From the NCBI GenBank assembly GCA_963762255.1, contig CAVXKA010000003.1, positions 480,001-544,000 of the forward strand: a DNA stretch of 64,000 nt, written 5' to 3'. The notes beneath the pieces are model-generated. The model searched no databases. It had not been told where the DNA came from and was given only the letters and a program-made list of their open reading frames with translations. This stretch comes from Candidatus Eiseniibacteriota bacterium. GTDB lineage: Bacteria > Eisenbacteria > RBG-16-71-46 > JABDJR01. A program made the translations under genes and the position numbers. Positions 42,820 to 52,212 of the stretch are shown piece after piece. Within the stretch, counting starts at the first letter, position 1, and the number at the start of each line of letters is the position of its first letter.

Positions 42820-45470
42820 CTCGACGTCCGCTCCCCGGCTCGCGCTTCCTCCGGGCCTGGGCGCAAGACCGTCACGGTGAGCAGCGCGGGGTCGATGACG
42901 CGCGCCGCCGCCCGCCGCACGTCGTCCGCACCGACCGACCGGATCCCGTCCAGGTAGCGCGCGGTCTCTTCGTAGCCGAGTCCCAGCACTTCGTCGTGCG
43001 CGTAGGTCGCGGCCCAGGCCATGCGTGACTGCATATCGATGAGATGCGAGCCGGCCAGCGTGCTGCGCGCGCGGCGGAGTTCTTCCGGGGCGGGTGCCTC
43101 GCGCGCGGTTAACTCCAATTCGGCGAGAAGCGCGGCGGTCGCTTCGTCCACCTGCTCGGGCCCGGTGCCCACGTACGCCCCTACCGCGCCCCCTCGGCGG
43201 AGCGGCGCCGCGAACGCGCCGGTGAAGTAGCAGAGATGCCGCTCGTCGCGAAGCCGCGTGAAGAGGCGGTTCCCCATGCCGGAGAGGATCGCATCCCAGA
43301 CCTCCAGGGCGTAGCGCTCCGGCGCATCGACACCGGGCCCCGGATAGCCGAGCACCACCACCGCCTGCGCGACGTCCTTGTGCAGCACCACGCGCTCTCC
43401 CGCTCGGGCCGGCGCTTGCGGCGGGACCTCGCCTGGAGAGGGGCCGCGCATGGGGAGCGAGGAAATCGTGTCCGCCAGGCGACGAAGCAGATCGTCCCGA
43501 TCGAAGTCCCCCACGACGCTCAACACGAGCCGTGCGGGGTCGTAGACGCGAGCGTGCCACGCGCGGAGCGCGCCGCCGTCGAGGCGCGCCACCGAGTCCT
43601 CGGTGCCCGCCACCAGACGACCGTAGGGATGGCCGGCAAAGAGGCGGCGATAGAACTCGGAGAGAGTGAACTGCATGGTGTCGTCGCGCAGCGCGGCGAG
43701 TTCCGCAAGGGTGTTCGTGCGCTCGCGCGTCACCGCATCCTCGGGGAAGTCGGGCTGCGTGAGCACGGTGCCGAAGAGATCCAGCGCCACCGGGAGATCG
43801 CGGCTCACCGCGCTCAGGCTGAACCCGCACACATCGCGGCTCGTGAACGGATGGAGTCGGGCGCCCATTCCCTCCAGCGTCTGTGCGATCTCGGCGGCGG
43901 TGCGCCCCCCCGCCCCCTTCATCATGCAGAGCTGGGTCATGCGGGTGATGCCCGCGTCGAGGTCGCCTTCGTTGCCGCTTCCCACCGGGAGATAGGCGGC
44001 AAGCGCGACCAGGGGCAACCGGCCGTCGTGCTGCAGGAGCACGCGCGCACCGCCGGCGAGGGTCAGCGCTTCGACGGCGCTTCGTCCTGCCCCCGATCCG
44101 ACGGGGAGAGCGCTCGGTGGGCAGGAGCCGTTGGTCCGGTGTTCGACCGGGGTCAGCGCGCCGGCCACCGACTCGCGCAGGCGGTCGTAGAGCGCGGGCG
44201 CCGCGGGCGCCGCGGGCCGCGCACCGGCGGGAGCGTGCACGTACACGGTGGCCTGCTCGAGGTTGAAGTAGCGACGCGCCGCATCTTGCACGCGCGGCGA
44301 GTCGACTCGGGCCAGACGCTCCAGAGTGGTGCCGGCCAGACGATAGTCCCCGAGGAGCGCGTAGTGACCGAGGATCGAGGCCTGCCCTTCCATCGTCTCC
44401 AGGCCATGCAGCGTCTCTCCCTGATGCATGCGAAGCATGCGCTCCAACTCGACCGCGGTCGGCGGCTCGACCTGGAAGCGCAGAACCTGCGCCATGACCT
44501 CGGCGAGCGCGGCGTCAGCCTTCGCCGTCTCCGCCGCAAACTCCACGACGAGATAGCCGGGCTCGCGCCCGGTCGTGTCGAGAATGCTGGAGCTCAAGAT
44601 GAGGTCCTTTCCCTCCCGAACACGCTGGTAGAGACGGCTCGACCTCCCGCTGCCGAGCACGCCGGCCAGAACGAGGATGGCGTCGGTATCCGGATGGAGT
44701 TCGGGCGGGATATGGAAGCCGACCTTGACGTAGACCTTCTCCACATCGCCGGCGGTCTCGCGATATCGGAACTCGCTCTGATGCGGCTCGGGCGGGGACT
44801 GATTCGGGGTGAGCGGGCGCGCGGGCCAGCCACCGAGCCGCTCCTCGATCGCCCGGAACGCGCGCTCCGCGCTCACGTCCCCCACCACCACGTACACGAT
44901 ATTGTTGGGGACGTAGTAGGTCTCTTTGTAGGCAACGATCGCGTCCCGCCCCACGCGCAGGAGGTTCTCGTCGGGCCCGCCGATCGGGTTGCGATAGCGA
45001 TGGGTGGTAAACGCCTCGGCGAGGAGATGCTCCCAGGTGAAGCCGTACCCGTTGGGCCGGTCCCGGTACATCTCGTTTTCCTTGATCAGGACCTGCCGTT
45101 CCTTCTCGAGCTCCGAGTCGTCGAAGGTGCTGTGCATGAGCACGTCGGCGTGGATGTCGAGCGCGGTCTCGAAGTTCTCCGCGGGGAGGGTGATGTAGTA
45201 GTTGGTGCTCTCGTAGCTCGTGCCCGCGTTGGTGTCGCCGCCGGCGTCGAGGATCTCCCGGGCGATGTCGCCGGGGCCTCGGCGGGCCGTCCCCTTGAAC
45301 AGCATATGCTCGATGCCGTGGGACCAGCCGGCGATGGCCTCGTCCTCGTTGAGCGATCCCACGCGCACGAAGAAGTTGAGCGCGACCACCGGCGCGCTGC
45401 GGTCCTCGCGGACAAGGATCTCGAGGCCGTTGTCCAGCACCTTGCGCCGGACGTCCTGGAAAAGGGTCAT
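42816..45470 (-). CDS. M16 (pitrilysin/insulinase) family zinc peptidase, four-domain
   Basis: LDNGL, HGIEHMLFKGT (HxxEH), NAGTS, LGSGRSSRLY; the second half is homologous but lacks HxxEH. Confidence 0.93.
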   Translation of the reverse strand: MTLFQDVRRKVLDNGLEILVREDRSAPVVALNFFVRVGSLNEDEAIAGWSHGIEHMLFKGTARRGPGDIAREILDAGGDTNAGTSYESTNYYITLPAENFETALDIHADVLMHSTFDDSELEKERQVLIKENEMYRDRPNGYGFTWEHLLAEAFTTHRYRNPIGGPDENLLRVGRDAIVAYKETYYVPNNIVYVVVGDVSAERAFRAIEERLGGWPARPLTPNQSPPEPHQSEFRYRETAGDVEKVYVKVGFHIPPELHPDTDAILVLAGVLGSGRSSRLYQRVREGKDLILSSSILDTTGREPGYLVVEFAAETAKADAALAEVMAQVLRFQVEPPTAVELERMLRMHQGETLHGLETMEGQASILGHYALLGDYRLAGTTLERLARVDSPRVQDAARRYFNLEQATVYVHAPAGARPAAPAAPALYDRLRESVAGALTPVEHRTNGSCPPSALPVGSGAGRSAVEALTLAGGARVLLQHDGRLPLVALAAYLPVGSGNEGDLDAGITRMTQLCMMKGAGGRTAAEIAQTLEGMGARLHPFTSRDVCGFSLSAVSRDLPVALDLFGTVLTQPDFPEDAVTRERTNTLAELAALRDDTMQFTLSEFYRRLFAGHPYGRLVAGTEDSVARLDGGALRAWHARVYDPARLVLSVVGDFDRDDLLRRLADTISSLPMRGPSPGEVPPQAPARAGERVVLHKDVAQAVVVLGYPGPGVDAPERYALEVWDAILSGMGNRLFTRLRDERHLCYFTGAFAAPLRRGGAVGAYVGTGPEQVDEATAALLAELELTAREAPAPEELRRARSTLAGSHLIDMQSRMAWAATYAHDEVLGLGYEETARYLDGIRSVGADDVRRAAARVIDPALLTVTVLRPGPEEARAGERTSR

Positions 45471-45491
45471 GCGCCTGTCCTGTCTCCGATG

Positions 45492-46010
45492 TTAGAGCGC
45501 CGCGTACACGGCTTTAAGGGTGAAGAACACGATGGCGAGCCCGATGACGAGCTTGAAAGCCGTGGCCGCTACTCGGCCTACGAGGGCTCCCGTTCCAGCC
45601 CGCGCGCTCTCCCGCGCCCGCCTCCCCCGCAGCATCTCGCCGACGAAGGCGCCGGCGAAGGCGCCGACGGTCGCTCCGATCAGCGAACCCACGATCGGGA
45701 ACCACGCGGTGCCGAGCGCCGCTCCCACCAAGCCTCCGATAAAGGTGCCGATCATACCCCATCGCGTCGCGCCGAAGCGGCGCGCCACGACCACCCCGAG
45801 CAGCGTCTCTACGAGCTCGCCGAGCAAGGCCAGGCCGAGCAGCAGAAGCAAGAGACCGAATCCGAGGTGCTCGAACCCGCCGATCCATGCGACGGCAAGC
45901 GCGATCCCGAGGAGAATGAAGTTCCCCGAAAGGCCAAGCACGACCGCGGCCAGGCCGGCGAGCACCGCGAGGTGCAGGAGCACGAGGAGGACGACGGCGA
46001 CGAGGGCCAC
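45492..46010 (-). CDS. DUF456 (YqgC-like) membrane protein
   Basis: Gly-rich hydrophobic helices, RRFGATRWG, GAFAGAFVGE. Confidence 0.75.
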   Translation of the reverse strand: MALVAVVLLVLLHLAVLAGLAAVVLGLSGNFILLGIALAVAWIGGFEHLGFGLLLLLLGLALLGELVETLLGVVVARRFGATRWGMIGTFIGGLVGAALGTAWFPIVGSLIGATVGAFAGAFVGEMLRGRRARESARAGTGALVGRVAATAFKLVIGLAIVFFTLKAVYAAL

Positions 46011-46025
46011 GCGCGGCGAAGCGGG

Positions 46026-48206
46026 CTAGAGGCCGCTTCGCTCCCCCATGCTGGCGAGAAGGCGTCGCGCCAGCATGCCCATGTTGCCGGTGCTGTCGAT
46101 GGCGGCATAGCTGCGCAGCAGGCGCGCGGCGCCCGTGGTGTCCTTGGCCGCCAGATAGCCCTTGGCCAGGTTGAAGTATGGCTCGGGCCGGCGCGGGTCG
46201 GCGGCGATCGCCCGCTCGAACGCGGTGCGCGCGGCAGCGCCGTTCCCTTCCAGATCGCGCGCTACACCCAGGTTGATCCAGGCCTCCGCGTCGCCCGGTG
46301 CACGCCCGACGACCATTTCGAAATAACGCGAAGCTTCCGCTATGTTCCCTTGTCGCATAAGGAGATAGCCAAGGTTGAACGCGGAGGCCGTGTCGTCCGG
46401 GTTGCCCGCCACGGCGGCCCGGTAGTTCACCGCGGCGGAGGCAGTATCCCCCTTGTCCTCCTGCACGCGGCCGAGATGGGCCTTCAGGTCCGCGCTGTCG
46501 GGAGCGCGCTTCAAGGCTTCGAGCAGGAGTGCCTCGGCGAGGGCCGTGTTTCCCCGCTGGCGTTCCATCGAGGCGTAGTTGAGCGAGGCCTGGAGGAAAT
46601 CGGGGTTCAGCGCGAGGGCCTTCCGGTAGGCGGATGCGGCGGGCACGTGCCGACCCAGGTCGCGGTAGGCATTACCGAGCTGATACTGCGCGAACTCCTG
46701 GCTGGGATCGCGTCGGACGGCCATCTCGAGAATTGCCGCCGCCTCCTCGCGTTTTCCCTGCGCGAGGAGCACCGCGCCCAGGTTGGCGGTCACGCGCGCG
46801 TTTGTGGAGTCGATCATGGCCGCCTCCCGGTAGGCCACGACCGCGCTCTCGCTCTGTCCCCGATCCAGATACCAGGTGCCGATCTCCTCGAACGCGTAGG
46901 AACGAGCGAACCGCGAGGCGCTGCTCCCCGGCCCGTAGAGAGAGGCGAAGTGGGCGAGCGAACGGTCTACGTCGGCGTCGACCGCCACCCAGGGCAACGT
47001 ATGGAAGAAGCTCAGGCCGATGAGGAGTCCCGCGGCCGCGCCCGCCCATCTCGGAAGCGTGACGCGCCAGGGCGCGCGGGCGAGGAGCCTCCCCAGGAGG
47101 ATCAGCCAGGGAAGACTCGCCACCGCGAACAGATCCCAATCCCGCGCCGCGCCGAAGTCGCGCCTGAAGAAGAGCGATGCAAACCACCACGGCCCGCCCG
47201 CCCACAGGAGGAAACGCTCCTCTCGACCCAAGCCCCCGTGGGCGCGAAACGCCAGGAGGATGAGCGCGAGCAGCGCGCCGAAGGGACCGATCAGCCACTG
47301 CTCCTGAAGGACGTCGCCGAGGTGCGCGGGACTGAACAGCGTATAGGGGATGTGGAGCCCGAGCGGGCCGGAGACAGGCAACATGCCGCGCAGGGTCGCG
47401 GCGCCCAGATCGACGAAGGGTCTCATGCCGCCACGCGCGATCACGCCGGCGGCAAGCGCGGCGAGCGGAATCAGCAGGAGGAGAAGCCGCGGGCGGCGAG
47501 CGGATGCGGGCGGCGGCGCCTTGCCCTCGGCGCGTGGTCCCACCCAAAGCACGTAGATCAGGGACGGCCACAGGAACGCGCCGGTGACATGCACGAGCGG
47601 CGCCAGCGCCGCCACCGCCGCCGCGGGCCAGAAGGAACCGCGCCCATCGAGCGCGCGCAAGACGAGCACGAGGTAGAGCATCGCAGCCAACGCCAGGAGC
47701 GGGTAGGTCTCCGCGTGACCGTAGAAGAGGCGCGTGATGCCGGCCAGAGCCAGCAGGCCGAACGCCGGCAATCGCCCACCCAGGTCCGATGCCGCCTGCC
47801 GAGCAACCCAGTAGGCAAGCAGAAGGTAGACCCCACCGCACGCGGCGCTCACCCAGGCAAAGGCGAGGGCGGGATCGGGCGAACCAAGGAGCCGATCTCC
47901 CATGAACGTCGTCCGTTCGCGCCCGAGCCAGAAGAGCGCAGCGCCCGCGGCCGCGATCACGAGGCCGGTAAGGATTGCGGGGATGCGCGATGCCGAATGC
48001 GCGTTCTCGCCGCGGCGGCCTCGCGCGAAAGCCCAGACAAGCCCACCCAGCACGAGCGCCCCCAGCGCGCCGCCCCATAGCCATGCGCCGGGGAGAAACC
48101 CGTAATGGTGCACCCCCCAATTGACCGGTGTCGGCGCGAGAATCCCCGCGACGTGCAGGGTCAACACGAGAAAGGCGTAGAGGAGAACGATCAGGAGTGT
48201 GCGCAC
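46026..48206 (-). CDS. Multi-pass membrane protein with C-terminal TPR array
   Basis: About 10 hydrophobic segments, FYGHAETY, ARDWDLF, then multiple TPRs; GTG start at 48206. Confidence 0.7.
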   Translation of the reverse strand: MRTLLIVLLYAFLVLTLHVAGILAPTPVNWGVHHYGFLPGAWLWGGALGALVLGGLVWAFARGRRGENAHSASRIPAILTGLVIAAAGAALFWLGRERTTFMGDRLLGSPDPALAFAWVSAACGGVYLLLAYWVARQAASDLGGRLPAFGLLALAGITRLFYGHAETYPLLALAAMLYLVLVLRALDGRGSFWPAAAVAALAPLVHVTGAFLWPSLIYVLWVGPRAEGKAPPPASARRPRLLLLLIPLAALAAGVIARGGMRPFVDLGAATLRGMLPVSGPLGLHIPYTLFSPAHLGDVLQEQWLIGPFGALLALILLAFRAHGGLGREERFLLWAGGPWWFASLFFRRDFGAARDWDLFAVASLPWLILLGRLLARAPWRVTLPRWAGAAAGLLIGLSFFHTLPWVAVDADVDRSLAHFASLYGPGSSASRFARSYAFEEIGTWYLDRGQSESAVVAYREAAMIDSTNARVTANLGAVLLAQGKREEAAAILEMAVRRDPSQEFAQYQLGNAYRDLGRHVPAASAYRKALALNPDFLQASLNYASMERQRGNTALAEALLLEALKRAPDSADLKAHLGRVQEDKGDTASAAVNYRAAVAGNPDDTASAFNLGYLLMRQGNIAEASRYFEMVVGRAPGDAEAWINLGVARDLEGNGAAARTAFERAIAADPRRPEPYFNLAKGYLAAKDTTGAARLLRSYAAIDSTGNMGMLARRLLASMGERSGL

Positions 48207-48264
48207 GGGTCGTCTTCCTTTCCTCGGTGGGGCCCGAAGAGGATACCGGCAGCGGAAACCGCGC

Positions 48265-49593
48265 TCAAGCGCGCGCTCCCCAAGGCCAGACCACTCGCGG
48301 CCGGCCGCGCAGGGCGAGCAAGGTGAGAAGTTCGGCCACGAAGGCCGCACCGAGAAGGATGGCGCCCAGAAGACCGCCGCGCATGCTCATCGCAATCCCG
48401 GCCGCACCGAGCCCGCCGATCGCAACCACCCGGCTCATCCCCGCGAACCCGACCGCCGCGGTGTGGTCGCTACGCGTGAGGATCCCCTGCTGGTACGCGA
48501 TGAACCCGGCCACCAGAGGCTGCAGCGAGAGAAGCGCGAACGGAAGGCGCGCGCGGGCTGCGAGCTCGGGGGAGAGACCGATGACCCGCTCGAGCAGGAA
48601 GCCCGCCGCCGGCGTGAGCGTGACGAGGAATACGGCGGCGCACACGCTTCCGACATAGCGCCACACGAAGCGTTCCAGCCGCCTGAGGTTGGCGCGCGTC
48701 GTGCCGAGCGCGATCGTCACACTCGAGAATCGCAGCACGGAACTCGCCATGAACCAGATGAGCGAGGCGACCACGGAGAAGACGGCCAGCCCCTGTTCCG
48801 GATTGGGGGTGCGCGCGATGAACGCGTTCACCAGCGGATTGGTGAGGCTCCCCAGCACCATGGTCCACGCCAGCGGCGCCAGGAACCGGACCTTGCCGGA
48901 GAGCCGGCGGCCGGCCTCGTGCGCGGGCGAGACGCTCTCCTCCCGCTCCGGAGTGCGCATCGTCACGACGATGACGTAGAGCGTCTCCACCAGCACGGCG
49001 GCGGCGAGAGCGAGCACCGCGGCCACAGGCCCACCCCAAGGAACGCGCGGCACTACGGTGAAGACCATGATGGCCAGGAAAAGGAGCCGCAGGAACGTGC
49101 CCACCGCGATGGGAGCGGAACGCCGCCGGCCGACCAGCACCCCCTGATAGGCGCTGCGCACGGCGACCAGCAGCGGGAACAGGATTCCCGCGCGCAGGGC
49201 GAGCACCGCCGGAGCGGTGAGCTCCTCGCTTGCGCCCAGCAGCCGCCGGAAGATGAACGGGGCGGCCGGGGTGAACACGATGAGGCACTCGACGACGGTC
49301 AGTGCGAGACCGAGCCCGATCGAGAACCGCACGAACGATCGGATGGAGCCCGAGCCGGTGTACCAGGCGATGATGGCCTGCTGGAGCGCAAAGACCGGAC
49401 TCTCCAGAAAAACGCTCAACGTGAACGCGATCCCGAAGACGGCGAGATTGAGTTCGGGATCGGGCATGCGGGCGAGCCCGGCGTTGATGATGGGAGTCGA
49501 GACCGACATCATCGTGCTCGTGGCAGCCAGGGGCAGGAACAGGCCCAGGATATCCCGCGTGGTCAGCACGGGACGCGTCGGCAGGTTCGACAT
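48265..49593 (-). CDS. MOP/MATE-superfamily transporter resembling ANKH
   Basis: Two-fold repeat (FLPLA..PIINAGLAR..LAVFGIA / FLAPLA..PLVNAFIAR..LAVFSVV), about 12 TMs; ATG at 49593. Confidence 0.6.
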   Translation of the reverse strand: MSNLPTRPVLTTRDILGLFLPLAATSTMMSVSTPIINAGLARMPDPELNLAVFGIAFTLSVFLESPVFALQQAIIAWYTGSGSIRSFVRFSIGLGLALTVVECLIVFTPAAPFIFRRLLGASEELTAPAVLALRAGILFPLLVAVRSAYQGVLVGRRRSAPIAVGTFLRLLFLAIMVFTVVPRVPWGGPVAAVLALAAAVLVETLYVIVVTMRTPEREESVSPAHEAGRRLSGKVRFLAPLAWTMVLGSLTNPLVNAFIARTPNPEQGLAVFSVVASLIWFMASSVLRFSSVTIALGTTRANLRRLERFVWRYVGSVCAAVFLVTLTPAAGFLLERVIGLSPELAARARLPFALLSLQPLVAGFIAYQQGILTRSDHTAAVGFAGMSRVVAIGGLGAAGIAMSMRGGLLGAILLGAAFVAELLTLLALRGRPRVVWPWGARA

Positions 49594-49601
49594 CGGCACG
49601 G

Positions 49602-50987
49602 CTACGGCGCCGACCCTCCGAGGAGGCGCAGGAGAGCGGTGGCGAGACCGAAGTAGATCAGGAGGCCGGTGACGTCGTTGGACATCGAGACAAAGGGGCC
49701 GGTCGCGATGGCGGGATCCACGCGGAGACGGTGGAACACGATGGGCAGAACGGATCCCATGGTGGTGGCGACCAGCACCGCCATCATCATCGCCGCTCCC
49801 ACCACGCATCCGTAGAACCAGGTTCCCTTCCACACCAGCGCGACCACAGCCACCACGACGCCGCACATGATCCCCAGCGCGACGCCGACCCGCGCTTCCC
49901 GAAGCACGATGTTCACCACGTCGCGATTCTGAAGCTGCTGCAGCGCGAGCCGGCGGACGGTGGTGACCGCGGCCTGGGTCCCGGAGTTGCCCCCCATGGC
50001 GGTGATGACCGGAACGAACGCGACCAGCATCAGCAGCTCGTGGGTGAGGACGCTGGTGAAGTGATGCAGCACGACACCGGCGAGAAGCCCGCCGAAGAGG
50101 CTCACCACGAGCCAGGGCAGACGCAAGAGCGCCACACGCCGGGCGGAGCTCTCGTCGAAGTCGAAGTCCACCGTCCCCGCCATGCGGGCGATGTCCTCCT
50201 CGGCTTCCTCGCGCATGACGTCCACCACGTCGTCCACCGTGATGCGCCCGAGGAGCACCCCTTCCTCGTTCACGACCGGGACCGCCACCAGGTCGTAGCG
50301 ACGGAAGATGTTGGCGACCTCTTCCTGGTCCATGTCCGGCGGCACCGTGGCGATGTCCGTGTTCATGGCCTCTCGGGCAGGCGTCGCGGAGTGCTGGAGC
50401 ACCAGGTCCTTGACCGAAAGGATGCCCTTCAGTCGCTTCGCTTCATCGACGACGTAGACGTTGAAGAAGGCGCCGACATCCTCATGGCGGGCCCGCACCA
50501 TCTCCCGCGCATCCCCTACCGTGTCGTTCACGTTCACGGTGAGAACCTCGGTGGCCATGATGCCGCCGGCGGTGTCCTCGCGGTGCACGAGGAGCGGGCG
50601 CATGGCCTCCCGCTCCTCCGGCTCGATGCCCTGAAGTACCTGATCGGCCAGCTCCGGCTCGAGCTCCTGCAAGAGGTCGGCGGCGTCGTCCGAATCCATC
50701 TCCTCGACCAGGTCGGACAGCTCGTGGTGGGGGATCTCGGCGATGACGTTTTCGCGGACGGCGGTGGGGAGTTCGGTGAGGACGTCCGAGGCCTGCTCGC
50801 TCTCGCGCACCAGCGCGAAGAGATACCGCTGGTCCTCTTCATCGTGGAGGGTGGAGATGAGGAGAGCGATGTCGGCGGGATGGAGGTTCAGGAGTACGGC
50901 CTGAATGGCACCGTCCCGCCGCTCCTCCACGAGCGGCAGGAGATCTTCTCTCACGCCCTCGATGAGGGGACGCGGAACCCGCTCCAT
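49602..50987 (-). CDS. mgtE: Magnesium transporter MgtE
   Basis: LHPADIA, MDSDDAAD, TAGGIM, CBS pair, RLPWL, MGGNSGTQ, DPAIATGPF. Confidence 0.95.
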   Translation of the reverse strand: MERVPRPLIEGVREDLLPLVEERRDGAIQAVLLNLHPADIALLISTLHDEEDQRYLFALVRESEQASDVLTELPTAVRENVIAEIPHHELSDLVEEMDSDDAADLLQELEPELADQVLQGIEPEEREAMRPLLVHREDTAGGIMATEVLTVNVNDTVGDAREMVRARHEDVGAFFNVYVVDEAKRLKGILSVKDLVLQHSATPAREAMNTDIATVPPDMDQEEVANIFRRYDLVAVPVVNEEGVLLGRITVDDVVDVMREEAEEDIARMAGTVDFDFDESSARRVALLRLPWLVVSLFGGLLAGVVLHHFTSVLTHELLMLVAFVPVITAMGGNSGTQAAVTTVRRLALQQLQNRDVVNIVLREARVGVALGIMCGVVVAVVALVWKGTWFYGCVVGAAMMMAVLVATTMGSVLPIVFHRLRVDPAIATGPFVSMSNDVTGLLIYFGLATALLRLLGGSAP

Positions 50988-51051
50988 AACACCTCCTTCA
51001 TCGTCCGCGACCTGCGGGCGTGTGCGGCTCGTTCGGCCGCGCGGTCGACGG

Positions 51052-52185
51052 CTAGACGAGAGCCTGGCGCAAGTCCTCGACGAGATCTTCGGCGTCCTCG
51101 CACCCCACCGAGAAGCGGATGAGGCCGTCGGTGAGCCCGACCTTGAGCCGCTCGGCTTCCGGCACCGACGCGTGGGTCATGGACGCGGGATGGCTGACCA
51201 GACTCTCGACCCCGCCCAGGCTTTCGGCCAGCGAGAAGAGCTTGAACCTGGGCAGCACGCGACGGGCCTCCTCGATGCCCCCCACGTCCGCCGACACCAT
51301 GCCGCCGAAGCCGCGCATTTGCCGCCGGGCGAGCTCGTGCTGCGGATGCGACGTGAGCCCCGGGTAGATCACGCGCTTCACGCGCGGGTGCGTCTCGAGA
51401 AATCGCGCCGCCTCCATCGCGTTGGCGTTGTGCCGCTCCATGCGCAGGGCCAGCGTCTTGATGCCGCGCAACGCCAGCCAGCAGTCGAAGGGCCCCGGCA
51501 CCGCGCCCGCCGCGTTCTGCAGGAACCGCAGTCGTGCCGCGATCGCCTCGTCGTTGGTGGCCACCACGCCGCCCACCATGTCGCTGTGCCCGTTCAGGTA
51601 CTTGGTGCTGGAGTGCACGACGATCGTCGCCCCCAGGGTCAGCGGGTTCTGAAAGTACGGGCTCATGAACGTGTTGTCGACGGCTAGCGTCACCCCGCGC
51701 GCGCGGCACACTTCCGCCACCGCGGGGATATCGCTCAGGATCATGACCGGGTTGGAGGGCGTCTCGAGGACGAGCAGCTTGGTGTTGGGACGGATCGCCC
51801 TGGCCACCGTGGCCGGGTCTTTGGTGGACACCGTGTCGTAGGCCATGCCCATCGGCTTCATGACCTTGTCCAGAAGCCGGAAGGTGCCGCCGTAGAGGTT
51901 GTCCCCCAGAAGCACGTGGTCGCCTTCGGCCATGAGCTGCACCACGGCGTGCATCGCGGCCATGCCGCTCGAGTACGCGATGCCGTGCCTGGCTTTCTCG
52001 AGAGCGGCCACGTTTCGCTCCCAGGCCTCGCGGGTCGGGTTCTGGGTGCGCGCGTATTCGTAGCCCTTGTGCTTGCCCAGCCCCTCTTGCACGTACGTCG
52101 AGGTCTGGTAGATGGGAACCATCACCGCGCCGGTGGTGGGATCCGGCGACTGCCCGGCGTGGATGGCGTCGGTGGAGAAGCCCAT
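51052..52185 (-). CDS. Cystathionine gamma-lyase/synthase (Cys/Met PLP enzyme)
   Basis: PIYQTSTY, YEYARTQNPTR, ETPSNP, VDNTF, HSSTKYLNGHSD, SLAESLGGVESL. Confidence 0.93.
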   Translation of the reverse strand: MGFSTDAIHAGQSPDPTTGAVMVPIYQTSTYVQEGLGKHKGYEYARTQNPTREAWERNVAALEKARHGIAYSSGMAAMHAVVQLMAEGDHVLLGDNLYGGTFRLLDKVMKPMGMAYDTVSTKDPATVARAIRPNTKLLVLETPSNPVMILSDIPAVAEVCRARGVTLAVDNTFMSPYFQNPLTLGATIVVHSSTKYLNGHSDMVGGVVATNDEAIAARLRFLQNAAGAVPGPFDCWLALRGIKTLALRMERHNANAMEAARFLETHPRVKRVIYPGLTSHPQHELARRQMRGFGGMVSADVGGIEEARRVLPRFKLFSLAESLGGVESLVSHPASMTHASVPEAERLKVGLTDGLIRFSVGCEDAEDLVEDLRQALV

Positions 52186-52212
52186 GGTGCCTCCTGTGGC
52201 GATCGATGCGTG

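Noticed and set aside
43236-48080. 1614-aa plus-strand ORF (and similar long ORFs at 59277..61721, 2908..4857, 51916..53766, 55897..57708)
   Set aside because: Antisense shadows of well-supported minus-strand genes in high-GC DNA; Arg/Gly/Ala-rich with no motifs.
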